A DNA stretch of 64,000 nt from Amoebophrya sp. A120 (lineage: Eukaryota > Protista > Dinoflagellata): the NCBI GenBank assembly GCA_905178155.1, contig CAJINV010000001.1, forward strand, positions 4,816,747-4,880,746. Direction: 5' to 3'. The translations under genes and the position numbers were made by a program. The notes beneath the pieces are model-generated. The model was not told the origin of the DNA and ran no database searches. It was given only the letters and a program-made list of their open reading frames with translations. This document shows, in pieces, positions 11,801 through 25,476 of this stretch; within the stretch, counting starts at the first letter, position 1, and every line of letters begins with the position of its first letter.

Positions 11801-13228
11801 AAAGTGCCGCCCAACTACTTCTGTGTCCTCCACTGCTGGCAAGCGCTGGGGATCTCGGACGCCCTTGTGCGCGGCGGAGCAGAAGATCAGGGAAATATTA
11901 AGGGCATGATCAAGCTTCCAGCGCCGTTTCCTGGTGACGTATTCGTTGGCCGGCCGCCGGAAGACCGCGTCTGGCCAGAGCTGGACATGCATGCACGGCA
12001 GCAGGAGCAGGACGGGGTGATGGAGTGGGTCGTAGACGTCGGCACCAGCGAGGTCATCAACAAGGCAGCGAGTTTTTCCCCAGCTACGCTCCCCATCAAG
12101 GGTGGAGCCGAACGCATGGGCCGGTTTTTGTCGAGTTTGAAGCTGCTAGATGACGAGTTTGCGCGAACGTACCGGTTTGGCATGGCGTTTCACGAGCGCC
12201 ACCGCGACCGCCTCTACCCTAATGTGGTGCGGCTGGTGCTGTTGGTGGATGGGTGTCATAGCAGATTCACCCCCTCGCTGCTCGACTTCCTGACCAGCCA
12301 GGAAACTCGCGGGCCGCATCTGGTCTACATACGATTTTGCGACACCACGCCACCGGAAGAGGAAGAGATGTTGATGGGAGTACTAGAGGGCTCATCTGGC
12401 GGCACCACGACGACTCAACAAGTCATCTCGAAAGACGTGGCTCCTGAACAAATGAAAGTAGAGGTCCGCAATCGGCTGGCCAAGATTGCTGCTGCTGTGC
12501 ACGACGTTATCGACGAGGGTGAGAATCGATTCATTGGACAAATGCAATACCGCAAGGCGTATTTGCCCACCAACATGGAGCTCCTTCGTTTCGAGTCCTG
12601 GTACGCGACCGGTGCGGAGACGCGCCGGTTGCGCCCCTGGCTGCAACAGGACTGGCGTGAAAACTACAGTGTTTGGACAACAGATACAGAGACCACTTCG
12701 GAGGGCGGCCAAGATGAGGATTTACCGGAAGAAAAAAAGCGCCATAAAAATCGGACAACCAGCGTGCTTTTTGATACCCCGATACAGCTGATTCGTGCCA
12801 TATCTATGCGAGAAGCCATGCAGGTGGTGCTCCAGCTGGAGACCACTTTTAATACTGTCATTGCAGCTTGGGTACATCATCGAACCCCAAAAGATGAACC
12901 AGCGACGGGCGAAAGTGCTGACAACGGCGAGTCCTCAGAAGGGCAGAACTTGCTAAGTGCAAGAACTTTTTGGAAGGACCTTGCGGCCGATCCTGATTGC
13001 GATCTGGGGTACGGAAGTAGACCTTGCAAAGTCAAGACCACTTCAGCAGGAGGTAGTACTAGGAGTCGACGTAAGAACGAGAAGCAGGTCAAGCAGGATA
13101 GAAGATATTTTCCTGCCAATCTTGTTTTTGGCAAGCGAAGATATTGGCGAACCCTCTTGGAAAAAGAGTATCCATTTTCTCCTTCCCAAGAAGAAGACAC
13201 ATGGTGGGATGAAATGCTGCAACATTGA
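8858..13228 (+). CDS. GT-A fold (GT2-like) glycosyltransferase-domain protein, interrupted by 3 introners
   Basis: Removing the IEs at 9030, 10147 and 10517 gives a continuous frame, including VVTISTVPTRLEQVKPALISWLRQTYPIDQLYLFLP and later KILHAMDD (GT2-like N-terminal strand and DD motif). Start uncertain. Confidence 0.65.
9030..9307. mobile_element. Introner element, family A (278 bp)
   Basis: TIR tatcaaatgcaaaaatgtctgggtctggaa; DR ggtgg; removal gives EELVGSQ; can be read as GT-AG intron 9026-9308. Confidence 0.95.
10147..10467. mobile_element. Introner element, family B (321 bp)
   Basis: TIR tatcgtgaggaaaaatcccccctccccatat; DR cgagc; removal gives RLEQVK. Confidence 0.95.
10517..10778. 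mobile_element. Introner element, family A (262 bp)
   Basis: Family A TIRs; DR acccc; removal gives TYPIDQ. Confidence 0.95.
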
Positions 13229-13891
13229 CGGGGGTGAAGAAGAACGTAAGTACTTTCTACAGCATCAAGCGAAAACGGTACTATGCACATGATGATGAAC
13301 GTACTAGTTAGTAGCGCACCTGCTCGTTGTTGTCTGTTCTTTTTTGTTCAGTTTTCTTTCCGGGCCCGCTGCGACGAGACCGAGAGCTTTCTGGATCAAG
13401 TACATAAATCGAAATCGTGCACGATCACGACAACGTATCTGTCTCCTGGCGGTCTCCTGGAGTTCAATTGTGTCGTTAATCCCCCCTGTCGTTTACCACT
13501 CTGCAATGTTGTCATTATTCGTGCACTCTTATATAGCATCGGAAAGCCGGAGCAAGTCAGGTCTCTGTGCGTGATGTGTAGATATCGTGTGAAGACGCTG
13601 AGATCTTAGCCGACATAAGTAAGTAAGTAGCAGCACAGTAGTAAGAGTAACATCAAATGGTCAACATGAGGTCATCCCTGACTTGGAAAGTAGTGAGAGT
13701 TGCTCGCACTTTTTTTTCCCGCGCACTGAAAGCAGTATAGCAGAATCGTCATTTTTGCATCGCTGTGCTACTTTGGTTTTTTTCATAAGTCTTCTTTAGT
13801 CAGAATCGCTGCGCATGGATCAATACCGATCTATCAGTTTTTGCAAAGTTTGTTCGATTGATTTTTTCCCAAAGAAGAAGACTTAAAGAAC

Positions 13892-16800
13892 ATGAGCTCC
13901 GCATTTAACTTTGTCCCGTGTATCATGCATCACCGGAGGGAAGCAGTGTTGTTTCTTTTTGCAGCGGTGGCCTGCGTTGTTTCTGTTTCTGGTCAACACG
14001 TTGATGCTGAGAAAGGTGCCTCACTTCCCGCGGATGCTGATTTCATTGCGAACAAGAACAGCCTTCGGCGAAGAATTTTCCGCGACAGAGAAGGCCATGG
14101 CAAGCCAAGTCTACGCATTTCCGCTTGCGAATCGTCCGCGGAATGGCGATGGTATCTGGAAACCACGCGCCGCTGGAGTCACGCGCAAAGGCCGTGGGCG
14201 GCCCTTGTGGGCGGTGTTGAGACGGCCACGACTTCTACGTCTGATGGAATATTAGAGGGCGATTCCATACAGCAGACGCAAAAAGACGGCGAGGATGTTC
14301 TCGATACCGTGAAGCAGCTCACCTTAGCTTTTGCCCAGGAGTTTGTCGCTTTGGTGCGGGAGTATCAGGGAAACATGCGCGCGATCTCGGAAAAGTTCTT
14401 CGGCGCGCTGGCGGAGGGGCGCATCGAAACCTCCACTCTTGATGGCGGATCAACGCGTGCTGCGCAAGAATCGGCTGCTACTGACGACGAAGGAAATAGT
14501 TTCACCGAACTTCCTTCCGTGACCTTGAACGTGGACTATGAATACTGCTTTTACGGCTACCACACGGCCGTGTATTTGTACGCCTGGATGACGCTCGGTT
14601 CGCAGGAAGTAGAGGGTGGTACAATTATGGACGAAGTCGAAGACCAGCACAATTCGTCGTCGCGTATGGCAGAGAGGGAGATGGCCGTGGCGCTGTTGGA
14701 AAACGTAAACAAAATGACGATGATGGACCTATCCCATGTAGAATTTCTCTGTGCCGCGACGGCCACGCAAGGATAATTACTCCTCGTTTACCACATAGCG
14801 AAATCTTCAGCTGATGCAGCATTTGCCTTTTTCATATACAATCTCTTGTCCTGGTGTTTCTCGGGTAGGTGAAAGTCACACATTGTATAGTTGATGAAAT
14901 GTATGCCGCCAACGGTGGGAGATTGATATTTTCCCTGGGATAGGGCCAGCTTGATTTCCTGGAGGAATTCGATTCTCCGGTGACCACGTGGGATCTGTTG
15001 GTGAACCTGTGGCGGTATCAAATGTGAAAATGTCTGGGTCTGGAAGCTTGTGATGCAAGTCCGTGAACAATAAGTGCTCTGTAATGCGCCGCCAAGCATG
15101 ACAAGTTTTTTCGTGCTTCTGTGATGCGTATTTCGTATGAGAAACTGCGCTTTTGCATGACAGGCAAGAGGATCTCTTGGTGGCCGCGCAATACAGAGTG
15201 CAGAGTCATGCCAGACTAGCATGACAATCTTCCAGACCCAGACATTTTTGCATTCGATAGGCGGCTGGAGCAACGCCCCCCGCTGCGGTTTCTGCTTTCC
15301 CCGGACAGGAAGGAAGAACAGCGCATGCGGCAGTACTCACACGAAGGAGCGTGCCTCAACAGTCCATCACTGCAGGAGTGCCGTCGTGAAGATTCCACTT
15401 CTCCGTCGTATTCAGGTCGAGACCTCCCAGACCCAGAGTCGTCACCATCTTTTTCTACGACTTGGTGGCAGTCTCCTACGGATCTAATCAGAGTTGTGGG
15501 GAAGAACAAGAACAACATCAGGAGTAGGATTCGCAGCAGCGAAGAGAATAAAATGGAAGAAGTTTCGCTTGCTATCGCACACACGGCGTCGGATCGACAT
15601 GGGTTTTCCTGCCTCGTCCGACAGGCAACGTTTCCTGAGTTCACGTCGCCGCACGTACAAATTCTTTTTCATCAACTTGATGCAACTCCTGGAACAAGCA
15701 GCAAAAGCTTCGCAGGAGGTGCACGGGCCGCAACTACAGAGCACGAGCAGCGGCAGATGCAAGTGCTGTACCTGAGCGGGCACTTTGGTCACTTGTATGA
15801 CCCTATGCACGTCATTGAGACGGAATTCGGTGACTGGAAGCTTCACCTGCATGGGGTGCTCTCCTACCACAAAGCCTACTTTCCGCATCTGCAGTCCGGC
15901 GACGCCGAGCTGGTCGAGATGCTCGGGCAGATCCACAAAACGAAGGCCAAGTTGCATGAAGACTGGGAGACGTTGCAGGCCTGGTTTGGCGCGTGGCTCG
16001 AGCGGACCTTCCCGACATCAAGTGCTGCTGGGGAGTCTTCACCACTAGAAAGAACGCGATCAAGAACTAGTCGGAGCATAAATCTCGATGTGGTGCTGTG
16101 TGGACACCCAGTGCTCTGGTGCAAACTGTTTGCGGACTATCCTGCGTCGGAGATCTCGGTGGTGGCCAGTTACGATAACCCCTTCCACTTTCTCGTGCCG
16201 CAAGGGCAAATCGAGCAGTGGCGCCATGAGCTTCGTGATCTAATTCGGCGCCGAAATTACTTTTTCGTCAGTTACACCGCTTACGCCAGCATTCAGCTGC
16301 ACTACATAGCCGACGCAGGGATCGTACCTTGGCAAGCCGTCATGGCCCTGCCGCTCGGAGAGCACTACGCGAAAAAAATGGCAAAAGAAGTGGACGAGCA
16401 TCAAAAAGACCGCGAAGTCGTGCTGGTTCATCCAGGCTCGACTCGTCTATCCGTCGCACGGCGATCCGGACAAGGGGAGCATTTTCAGTTTTCGAGAAAC
16501 TTGAAAATAATAGAGCTCGACTCCACAGGCGGGAACTGGCACGGACCGTCCATCATGCTGCGGAAGATGATCGAAGAGAGCGTGCTATCCTGCGTAGAAA
16601 CGACGTCTCGATTTTATGGTTTTGAGAATTGGATGTTGTAGGCAAGCAGAACTTCCGTGCCACTTACTTATCATGGGATCTAAACAGATTCGTTTTTACG
16701 TAGGATATGGGCCGGGATCCAGGGTGGCTTGCGCCGAGATTGCCGTATCCTGCGTAGAAGATCCGGACTGGCAGGAGTTTCGAACGAACGCTGTGGAACT

Positions 16801-17891
16801 ACTTGGCGCAGCCGCGACGAACAAGGAGGTCCCCGCCTCCGGTCCGCAAGCCAAGAGATTCCGAAAAATGATGGCCCAGACGTTGTTTTTCGATTTCGTT
16901 ATCCTGTGGCCCTACGACATAACGAATATGAAGCTTTCGGAATACTACGCGCTGCGCTTGCCCTATGGCAGTGTCAGGATTGAAATCGTCAAAGTTGAAA
17001 TAGTTTGTCATGCAGAAAATGCAACGCAGAGATTGCCTCTATTGAATTGCAGAGGACGCAAGGGAGGCAGATTGTAGTGCTGGTAAGGGTCGAGAATTGG
17101 GCTGCTGACTAGCATCACAGAGGGGAGCCCCTGCCCTGAACAGCATGACAAACTGGCTTCCGGTACGGACAAGATTTGTCATGCACCGACTAGACACTGC
17201 GGGTCCAGCTGGTATCCATTTTATGCATGACAAACTTTGTCGATTTCAAACCTGACGCTTCCATATGCCCATCTTTGTACACCGGGAATTGTGGCGATAC
17301 ACCCGGCGGGGAAGCCATGCGCTGGGCCCCGGAGGCGTGGACCCGCGGCCGGAGGTGAATGCGAGACTCGAAGACAGGGTCGCAAATTGCAAGCGAGAGC
17401 GAGAAGCGAGTCTAGAACTGCGGATTTCCTCCTCGGATGAACTGTTCGGAAAAGAAGACTCGAGAAAATCATCCTGCACGGACGCTGCACTGTTTGATAT
17501 TTCCCTGACCGGCACCGACGTGGTAGCTAGCGCCTTTGCTGATATTAACGAGAAAAATAACGTCTCAGAAACGCTAGAAGGAACAAGCGCCTTTCCGTAC
17601 GCATTCACCCCGTTCGAGTGGCAGGGCCGGTTTCGCATGGATCCCTACGCGGGCTGGTTCTACGCACGGATCGCCGAATTCGCGCTGCGTCCGCACCTCC
17701 AATACTACCGCAGCGTGCGCGAGCTCGCGGAGGTTGCTTTCGTGCTCGCGGAGGAGAAAAAGCGCACGGGGAGGATAGCACCTCTGGAGAGGATACGAGA
17801 ACAGATGGAAACCTGGTACAGAGATGCAGCGGCAAACACCAAGTCCTTCTGGAAGAAGCTGTTCACGGCTGCGGAGAGAAATTTGGACTAG
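13892..17891 (+). CDS. Secreted or membrane-anchored protein, putative glycosyltransferase-like, interrupted by 4 introners
   Basis: N-terminal hydrophobic segment; frame continuous after removing IEs at 14730, 15016, 16586 and 16964; C-terminal FVILWPYDITNMKLSEYYALRLPIFV resembles the GT-B-like E..A...P motif. Confidence 0.65.
14730..14942. mobile_element. Degenerate introner element, type X (213 bp)
   Basis: tatccca...tgggata termini; DR ggacc/gggcc; removal gives MMDQLDFLEEF. Confidence 0.75.
15016..15259. mobile_element. Introner element, family A (244 bp)
   Basis: Family A TIRs; DR ggcgg; removal gives NLWRLEQ. Confidence 0.95.
16586..16707. mobile_element. Short degenerate introner element, family E-like (122 bp)
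   Basis: tatcctgcgtagaaacg...cgtttttacgtaggata; decayed DR cgtgc/tgggc; removal with 5 nt gives ESVPGSRV. Confidence 0.75.
16964..17265. mobile_element. Introner element, family H (302 bp)
   Basis: TIR tatggcagtgtcaggattgaaatcgtcaaagtt / aactttgtcgatttcaaacctgacgcttccata; DR tgccc; removal gives RLPIFV. Confidence 0.93.
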
Positions 17892-18279
17892 GCGTGGCAA
17901 TAGTGTTGTGCTGAGGCTGACCCACCCGCACCGATGGTGCACCAAGCGCAGGATGAACAAGTGGCAGCAAAGCTTGAGCCCTCGTCACTGGCCGAGCGTA
18001 GGTTTTACACTGTTCATGTCCGGAATATTGAATGCGGTCTGCGTGTTCGGTCAAAAGTCTCACCGTCTGAACAAGTAAGTAAGTACCTAATTTATTACTT
18101 TGGTCGACTTGCTGCTTTCTTCGCGCTGCTGCATCTGGTGACATTGTGATGTCTTCGGTATTTTTTCACTTTTCTTTCTGTTAGTTTTTCTCGTCGTGTC
18201 ACTGTGGTACATGGTAGACGTACAACTTCAGAAGTATGCTCTTGTAGATTTGTGTACGGCCGGAAGAGGAAAAAAGAGC

Positions 18280-20640
18280 ATGTCTGGACGAATCAATTGT
18301 TTTTGTTCAGCGAAGCTCCTAGCTCTTCTGAATTTTCTGCTGCTCGGCATCGTCTCGCGACGAGGTGTTGTATTTGTGTTTTCGGCAGGGGCGAGTGAGC
18401 AGCTGCCTCCGTCTTCTCAGGAACAACATACTGAGGAAGAAGATCAACATGGTCGTCAGCGTGCGGAAGATCATGTTGATGAGGCGTCAGGCCCTGGAGA
18501 TGACGAACATGAAGCCAGACATAATCCGCCGGTGCTCCCCTGGGGGCAGTGTCGTGCTTCGGGGCACCACGACCAGCAGAAAACGACAGACCAGCACACC
18601 GAGGGTGCCGGACGAGAAGATCCGAGAGCCTCGCAGTTCCAGGCTTGGTTTGAGGGCTCACCACAGTGGAACAAAGTGGTGCAGGAGGAGGAATTCGCGT
18701 CTAGTGTCAACACCCGGGACCTGGTCACGGGGAAGCTAAAAAATGTGGGAGGTTCCTCCGCCGAGCTGCGCCGGCAGTTCCTCGACCTGTTCGACCGGCT
18801 GGGACCGCAGCACCGGCGGAAATATTTGGAACTAGGCTGCGGCGTTGGGGAGTCCGTGCGGCTGGCCACCCAGTTTTTCTCTCACGTGTACGTGATCGAG
18901 GGCTTCCGGGACCAGCTGCAATTGTGCAAAAAAGTGGTGGAAAAATCGGCGCCACGGAGCGACCACGTGATCTGGATGCCGATGGACCTTTACGAAAACC
19001 CGGAAGGCTGGGAGGGCGTGCGCGAAAACGGACCCTACGGCGTCATTTTTGTGGACGCCAACCACGGCGCCCGGTGGGTGTGGAGCGACGCGATCAACGT
19101 GCTCGAGATGATCGCAAGAACGACTCCTAGCGCCAATGGTTCGACACCACGTGAAGATCAGGTAGTAAAGCCCTTGGTCATCTTCCACGACTACTGCCTC
19201 CATGGAAGTTCCGAAGTCAAGCGAGTCGTTGACGCATTGCTAGACGAGAGAACTACGACCACGGTGGGCGGCCCCCCGCAAGGTGGAAATAAAGAACATG
19301 GAAGTACGACCAATCATAATGGCAGCACGTCGAGGTCCAAGAAGGTCGGCCTTGGTCTGCTGAATTGTAAGGGCATAGGGGCGATTTGCGACGGCGGTGA
19401 ATACGAAGCAGTGATCTGCGAGCCATCGGATATGCTGCTGCAGAAAGATTGGAAAGAGTTGGGTAGAAGGCTGTCGCTCGTCGAGGTTTTCGACGACGAG
19501 GCCACCCGACACGACGGCAGTCCCTTCGTGGGAAATGAACCGCCGATGCTGAACAAGCTGTCGTCAGGTTCTACTTCAGGGAACGATCATAGTAGTACTT
19601 CTACTGCACCAGCCTTCGGTGACGAGGAGTCCTCGCTTATTCAGTCGTTCGACGACTACTTCCTATCGTGAGGAAAAATCCCCCCTCCCCATATTGAAAG
19701 CGCATCCATCTGAAAATTTGTGATGCAGATTTGTGACCACAAATCGCGTCTGTCTTGCAAGAAGGCAAGTCCAGGCTGCCCGGCACGTTATGCGGGCGAT
19801 TTGTAATGTTGTAGGGCCTACAGGGCAGCCGTCTACCATGCTAGGCGCCTACACCAAAAGGCCCCTACCTAGGCTTGCGAGCTGCGTGCAGTGCTCTACT
19901 GCAGCACAGATTTGATTTGTGTACTGAAATACAGCATCACAAATTTCGTTTTCGATATGGGGTGGGGGCTTTTTTCACTTTGATACTTCCGCTTGCTGCG
20001 ACTCCACTTCCTTGCGAGCTTCTGGCCGATGGAGTACCTGGTGTACCACAACCCGAAGACTTCCACCGCGGACCCGGACAACCTGGGCTTGGTCCTGTGG
20101 CCCAACGACCTCACCGACGTGGCCCGCCACACGGACGGCCGGGACTTTTTGTTTCCGTTGCGCAGCATCAACGAGCTGATGGGCGGGACCCGGGAGTACA
20201 ACAGCGACCTGTCCCACGGGCACCAGTCAGTGGTGTACTTCAACGGCATTGCACGCCACGCCGACCGGTGGAAGATCGCGCGGGAGCACAAAGTCCATTG
20301 GGTGGCCTCGCGGCTGTCCCCCCTGCAAGATGATGTTGACAACGATGTTGACGGGAAGATGAAACCGACCGACAGCGAGGTTAGAAACCAGCCCACGGGA
20401 GCCGTGCGGTTCGAGCACTTTGGGCTGCTGTTTTCGCCGGATTTGGTTTCGGTCGAGATGATCGACCTAGAAACGCGGAAAAAAGTAGGCACCGGGGTTT
20501 GGAGACAGGCATTGAAGAACCAACTCAAGCGGTGGCGCCGGCAGGGCTACTTGGATCAACACGGCCTGCACACGCCCACCAGCTTCCAAGAAGCAAGCAG
20601 AAGGTTTACTGGACTCTTCGAAGTAGCGGACGGGAACTAG
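18280..20640 (+). CDS. Class I SAM-dependent methyltransferase-domain protein with N-terminal hydrophobic segment, 1 introner
   Basis: Motifs YLELGCGVGES, VIFVDANH and LVIFHDY (Methyltransf_24-like); frame joins across the IE at 19664. Confidence 0.75.
19664..19985. mobile_element. Introner element, family B (322 bp), opposite orientation to the other B copies
   Basis: Family B TIRs; DR cttcc; removal gives DYFRLLR. Confidence 0.95.
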
Positions 20641-21575
20641 TCGCTGTAGTAAGTTGTGCCCGCAAACAAATTGAAGTGAGTGAATAATCGCGCCGACGAA
20701 GATGCTGGGATCTTCTGTCATCGTAATGTAAGTATCCATTCTTCATGCCGCTTACTGAAAAAATAGAAATGTCGGACGAACAGCCACTCGTGGGCTGATA
20801 GATACTTAAGTAGTACTTTTTGCGAGAATGTTCCTGATCCATTTTCCTGTTTTCCGTGTTGGCCCGTGCTGTGTGTCCCTTAAGTTCAATTTTCTGCGCA
20901 AGCGAACAAGGATCTGACGCACTTCTGGTGAACCTGAAAACGAACTTTTTCGATCTTGATACTTTTAACTGCGACTTAGTTTGATAAGCGAATTCTTTTC
21001 GAGCTTGATCGTGCGATAGTCTGGTACAAGCGAACGCCACTGCAATCTACAGATCGTGGCCATGGCGATTTCGTCCGATCTGGCTCTCTTGGCAGCGTAG
21101 CAAGCGTAAATCAGAAGTACTGCATGAAAATACTTGCATCAAGATGAACCAATTATTGAAACTTTGACAGTGACTACAGAAATAGTAAGTGACGAAAACG
21201 AAATTCTGCATTTTCACCGTGAACTCACGTCACGAGCCTTGATTGAGCACGTCTCTAGGGCAGTATCTTCAATGAATAAGACCTACTAACTTGCATCAAT
21301 AAGAAAAAAAAAAATGAGAACGTACTAACTCGCCCGATTTAAAGTTGCTTTAGTGATCATGATCTTTGTAAGTTTGAGGCTAAGACTACGTATCTATTCA
21401 AAAAATGAACTTCTAGCTACTAACTTCAACTTGCATCATTCAACTTCTAAAAGAAAGGTAGTATTAGCTGCGGCTTGGTTATAGTTCGGGAAATCGCTCT
21501 ATGGACAGTAAAAAAAAATGTAACCCTAAACCCATTTGACTGGTCCTGCTCCGTAAAAGAATCTAGTATGTGAAA

Positions 21576-24500
21576 ATGAATTTCAGATTTCTACTCTCGA
21601 GTGTGTCTCTCGCCGTCTTGGTGGAAACCTCCGGCCGCAGCATTTTTGGCCTTGGGGCGTCTTTGCGAAGCCGGAGTTGGCCTCCGTACGAGCATGTGAT
21701 AGAACAACACGACGACGATGAAGAGGGGCTACAGTTACTGCAGACACAACAGGCCGAGCCGTTTCCTGTTGACGCTAGTACCGGCGCAGCGGCAGCGGCC
21801 CATCGTCCTGGGCTTGAGGAAGGTGATCCGCTCCTACCACTAGAACAACGCCGTCCGCCGCCACTGCAGGAGCTGCACGCCGCCGCCGGGTGGGAGAGTC
21901 CACAGCCCTGTTATGAGTACGCCGGCGCTTCTCCGATAGAATTACAGCAGGCATTGTTACAACATCAAATAGGACCCCACCACAACATCAGTTTTAATTA
22001 TACCCCTGCTGTGCAGGAACATCTTCGTTTTCCAAACTTTCAACAGACTGGCTACGACGCAATCGGGCCCGGATTTATTCAACCTCCGCAACAAGGCTCT
22101 CCCAGTTCCGACACACGCCATGCTGTGCCTGGTGCAGCCACCACTTCTGCGACACCTGCGGCAGGACAGTATCCTTGCTACGTGTACTCACCCCCGGGCT
22201 ATACCGGCGAATATTGCTACTACATGGTCGCGAGCACACCCACAGGAGAACAAAGAATATCCCCGGTCGGGGGCCCGCATAGTGCGGGTGCGCCTTTCCT
22301 GTCGCCCTGTGGAGGTGGTGCTTTTGTCCCTCCCAGTCAAGTAGGAGCTACCACGATTTTACCGCCCCTGCAATCTGCTCCTGCTCAATCACAGGTGACA
22401 GCACAGCAGCAGACCGTGAGAAATCCCAATCCTCTAGGTGATGGCACCACAAGCCAGGATAAAAATGCTAGTCCTTTCACGACGTCGCCCAACACTCGCG
22501 CACCCCCAGCCGACCCTTTCGCATCGCAGCAAGTAGAACAGCAGGCACATCAGCACCCTACTTCCTCACAACAGATCGGTCGGCCGGGCTTCTTGGGGCT
22601 GCAACCGATTCCAGTATCCGAGAACCAGCTACGGGAACTAGCTCCAGGTTTGATGTCAACATTTGTGCCAACAAAAAATGATCCGGATCGTGATCTTCAA
22701 GCCGCAAGAGCGTCGCCTGCACCGCTGGAGGACGATATTAACACCAGGGATCTGCAGCAGAATCGTAGCGACAAAAATAGAACTATGCTGCATCTCCCGG
22801 CAACTCGTGGTCCTAAAGGCAACTACAAGCCATCCGCAGGCAGCCTTGGCCCGAGCCCACCGATTCCAATTCCCAGGTGGAACAGCAGCGAATGGATCTT
22901 CGGGACGAACCGTAGTGTAGTGTCCTGGCCCCGTATGGAGAGAAAAAAACTGTGTAACTGTAACTTTTTTGCAGGAACAGCATCACAGATTTGTTTTGCA
23001 TGACAGAAGACCTGTCATGCGTAGCTAGTACGCGAAAACACGTATTAAAATCGCCTCTGATGCATATCCGGCATGACAAGTGTAACTGTATTGCAACATC
23101 TGCCAGACAAAGTTACACTTACACAGTTTTTTTCTTGCATACCCCGCGGCGCTGGTAGTGATCTTGTGACGCCTCCTGGGACGAAAACCACTCGGCAAGT
23201 TGGAAGTAGTCCTAAAAGAAGCGACGTCTTCACGACACATCATGAGTTCGTCGACCTGGACAACGACCAAGAGCGTCATCTAGCAGGATCTTCACACAAC
23301 TCAAGCAGGGCTCCGAGTCGTGAAACACAAAGCAGCTCCGGAACAAACTGGAGCGAAATAGTGAACGACCCAAATCCCCCACTCCTGCCCGTTGATCAAG
23401 GACCACGCGAACGAACAGTCCGTGAAAACAAGCCGGTCGGAAATAATCCCGCCGTCGCGGTTCTGCGGTTACCGTCATCCGATGCCGCTGAAGCAGTTGT
23501 ACAACCGAGTGGCAAGAGATATGAAGAAAAGGAGAGTCTTCAGGAGACTCGAGCGCACGATCACGATCCGGAGACTAATGATGAAGATGATGTTGCCGCC
23601 GCGTTGCTGTCATCTGGCTGGAATAAAGTGCAGAGGAGAAAAATGCTCGTTACGGCGCACGAAAAGAAACCAGCATTCCTTGCCGGCGATGAATTGGAAG
23701 GACCACAGGTGCGGAATAGCAGTGGCGAAGAAGTAGATGGCACTACCGGTGATCCAGGGATTCCTCCGGAAGATGATGAAAGCGGACCCAAGAATGCCGG
23801 AGAAGATAGTCCTGCAAGGCCTAAAAATGCCGAGAAGGAAGCTCCAGCTTCTTCTTCTTCTTCCCAAGAATCGGATGGAGGATCAGCGCACCAAAGGCGT
23901 AGTGCCGATGGTGCTGGAGATGTGGAAGATGAAGATCATGGCAGCGAGAGGCAAGAGGGACACACCAAGCCGGAGGAAAGCAAAAGTAATTTCATTTCCA
24001 TGGGGGCAGCCCCAGCCGCAGCGCCGCTTGCGGGGGAAGATCTTCATGCTGCTAGTGACGTCGCGCCCGCGGTGGCAGGGACGCCACCGCCAGCCAAAGC
24101 TTTATCGAAGAGGCAGAAAAAAATGGCTGCTGCGAAGCGTCGTGCCAAAGAGTTCGAAGCCGCGCAGGAGGAAGACAATGACAAGAACGGAAAAAAAATG
24201 GACAGCACAAAGGAATTGCCCGAGATCACCACTACAGGAGCAGCAGAGGCGGAAACGACAAACGATCCGCACGAAAATAAAGGTTCCGCTCCCGGTGCGG
24301 TCGCTGTAAGCGAAGTTGTACCAGTGGATCTTGGTCCAGAAAGAACTAACGAGCCCGGAGAAGAAGATCTCGTGCCAGTTTCGAAAGGAGCAGCCCAAAC
24401 TTCCGTTAAGGAAAGAACAAGAAGCGAAGTGCTACCGGCTACAGAAGCCGATGACCCCCCCGGCTCGTCCCGACCACCTGCGGGAAACAAGAGTAAAGGG

Positions 24501-25476
24501 AATAAAGGTGGGAAGAACAAGAATAAAGGTACTAAAAATAAGCAACAGGTGGAACAACAGACAGACGAAGCTTTTGACGAGATCCTGGCAGATTTTCAAG
24601 GCGACTTAAAGAGTCCGGGGTGTCAGGACGTGCTTGATGGACTGCAAGATGCGATCGACACGTACTCGGCTGTGAAGTGCAAGATCAAGAAGGCGTGTCT
24701 GCAGCGCCCCGACAGCAGCGCGCACCTACAGCGATGGCTGCAGTCGATCGAGCAGCGGCGCGACTTCTTCCTGCAGTACTGCAAGACGGACAGCGATTTG
24801 AAGCAGATTCGCGGCATTTTGAACGACAAAATCTCGTCCCACCTGCCAAGCGACACGGCGGATTTTGTCGTCTGGAAAATTCTCCTGGAAGAGTATCCCG
24901 ACAAGGCTATGCAATGGCAAAGTCTAATGCTGCCCCGTCGAGAACGCCCCGGGATGGAATACCTATACTTTTGTTTGATGTTGTTCTGTTCGAGATTCAT
25001 TCCAAATCCAAATCATGTAAACGTTTTGTGCTGTACGGTAGGACTAAGACCACCGTTTCTGTTTCTGCATCGAAAATTTGTGTTGTGAGCACATGAGCAT
25101 TGTTGCGCGTTTGTTTATTCGTCCATGGGAAAGTTTTGCGAGCACAAACTGTTTCAGTACCGAGTTGAGTTCGTCCGGGGTTGGCGCAATTCGCAGTTTC
25201 ATAAAAGCCTTCTTCCGCGTTGATTGGCTGCAGTACATGGAGTATGGGTTGCGCTACTTTCTGCTCAGTGCGGGGCTGGCCAACCAACAGCACGCGGCTT
25301 TTCCCATGTCTCTCGATCTGGTGTCGGACTTTTTGCAGCACGTCCTGCGGCGCAAAAGGAGCCAGCAAAAGGTGGGAAATAGCGGCGCAACACCACCATC
25401 CGGTGCTGCGCAGGCAGCGAGACAGCAGGGCAGCGAAGGGGCAGGGGCGGATGCAGCACAAGTAGAGAAGCAATAG
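21576..25476 (+). CDS. Low-complexity protein with predicted signal peptide; possibly the 5' part of the gene continuing to 37225
   Basis: ORFs 21570 and 23073 join across the IE at 22934; one junction near 24960-25130 unresolved; candidate in-frame GT-AG intron 25462-25805 would link it to the next block. Confidence 0.6.
22934..23141. mobile_element. Introner element, family D (208 bp)
   Basis: TIR tatggagagaaaaaaactgtgtaactgtaact / agttacacttacacagtttttttcttgcata; DR ccccg; removal gives SWPRGAG. Confidence 0.95.

Noticed and set aside
16746-16759. Second tatcctgcgtagaa, identical to the left end of the 16586 element
   Set aside because: Lies in the open exon with no downstream partner TIR; cannot be called an element.
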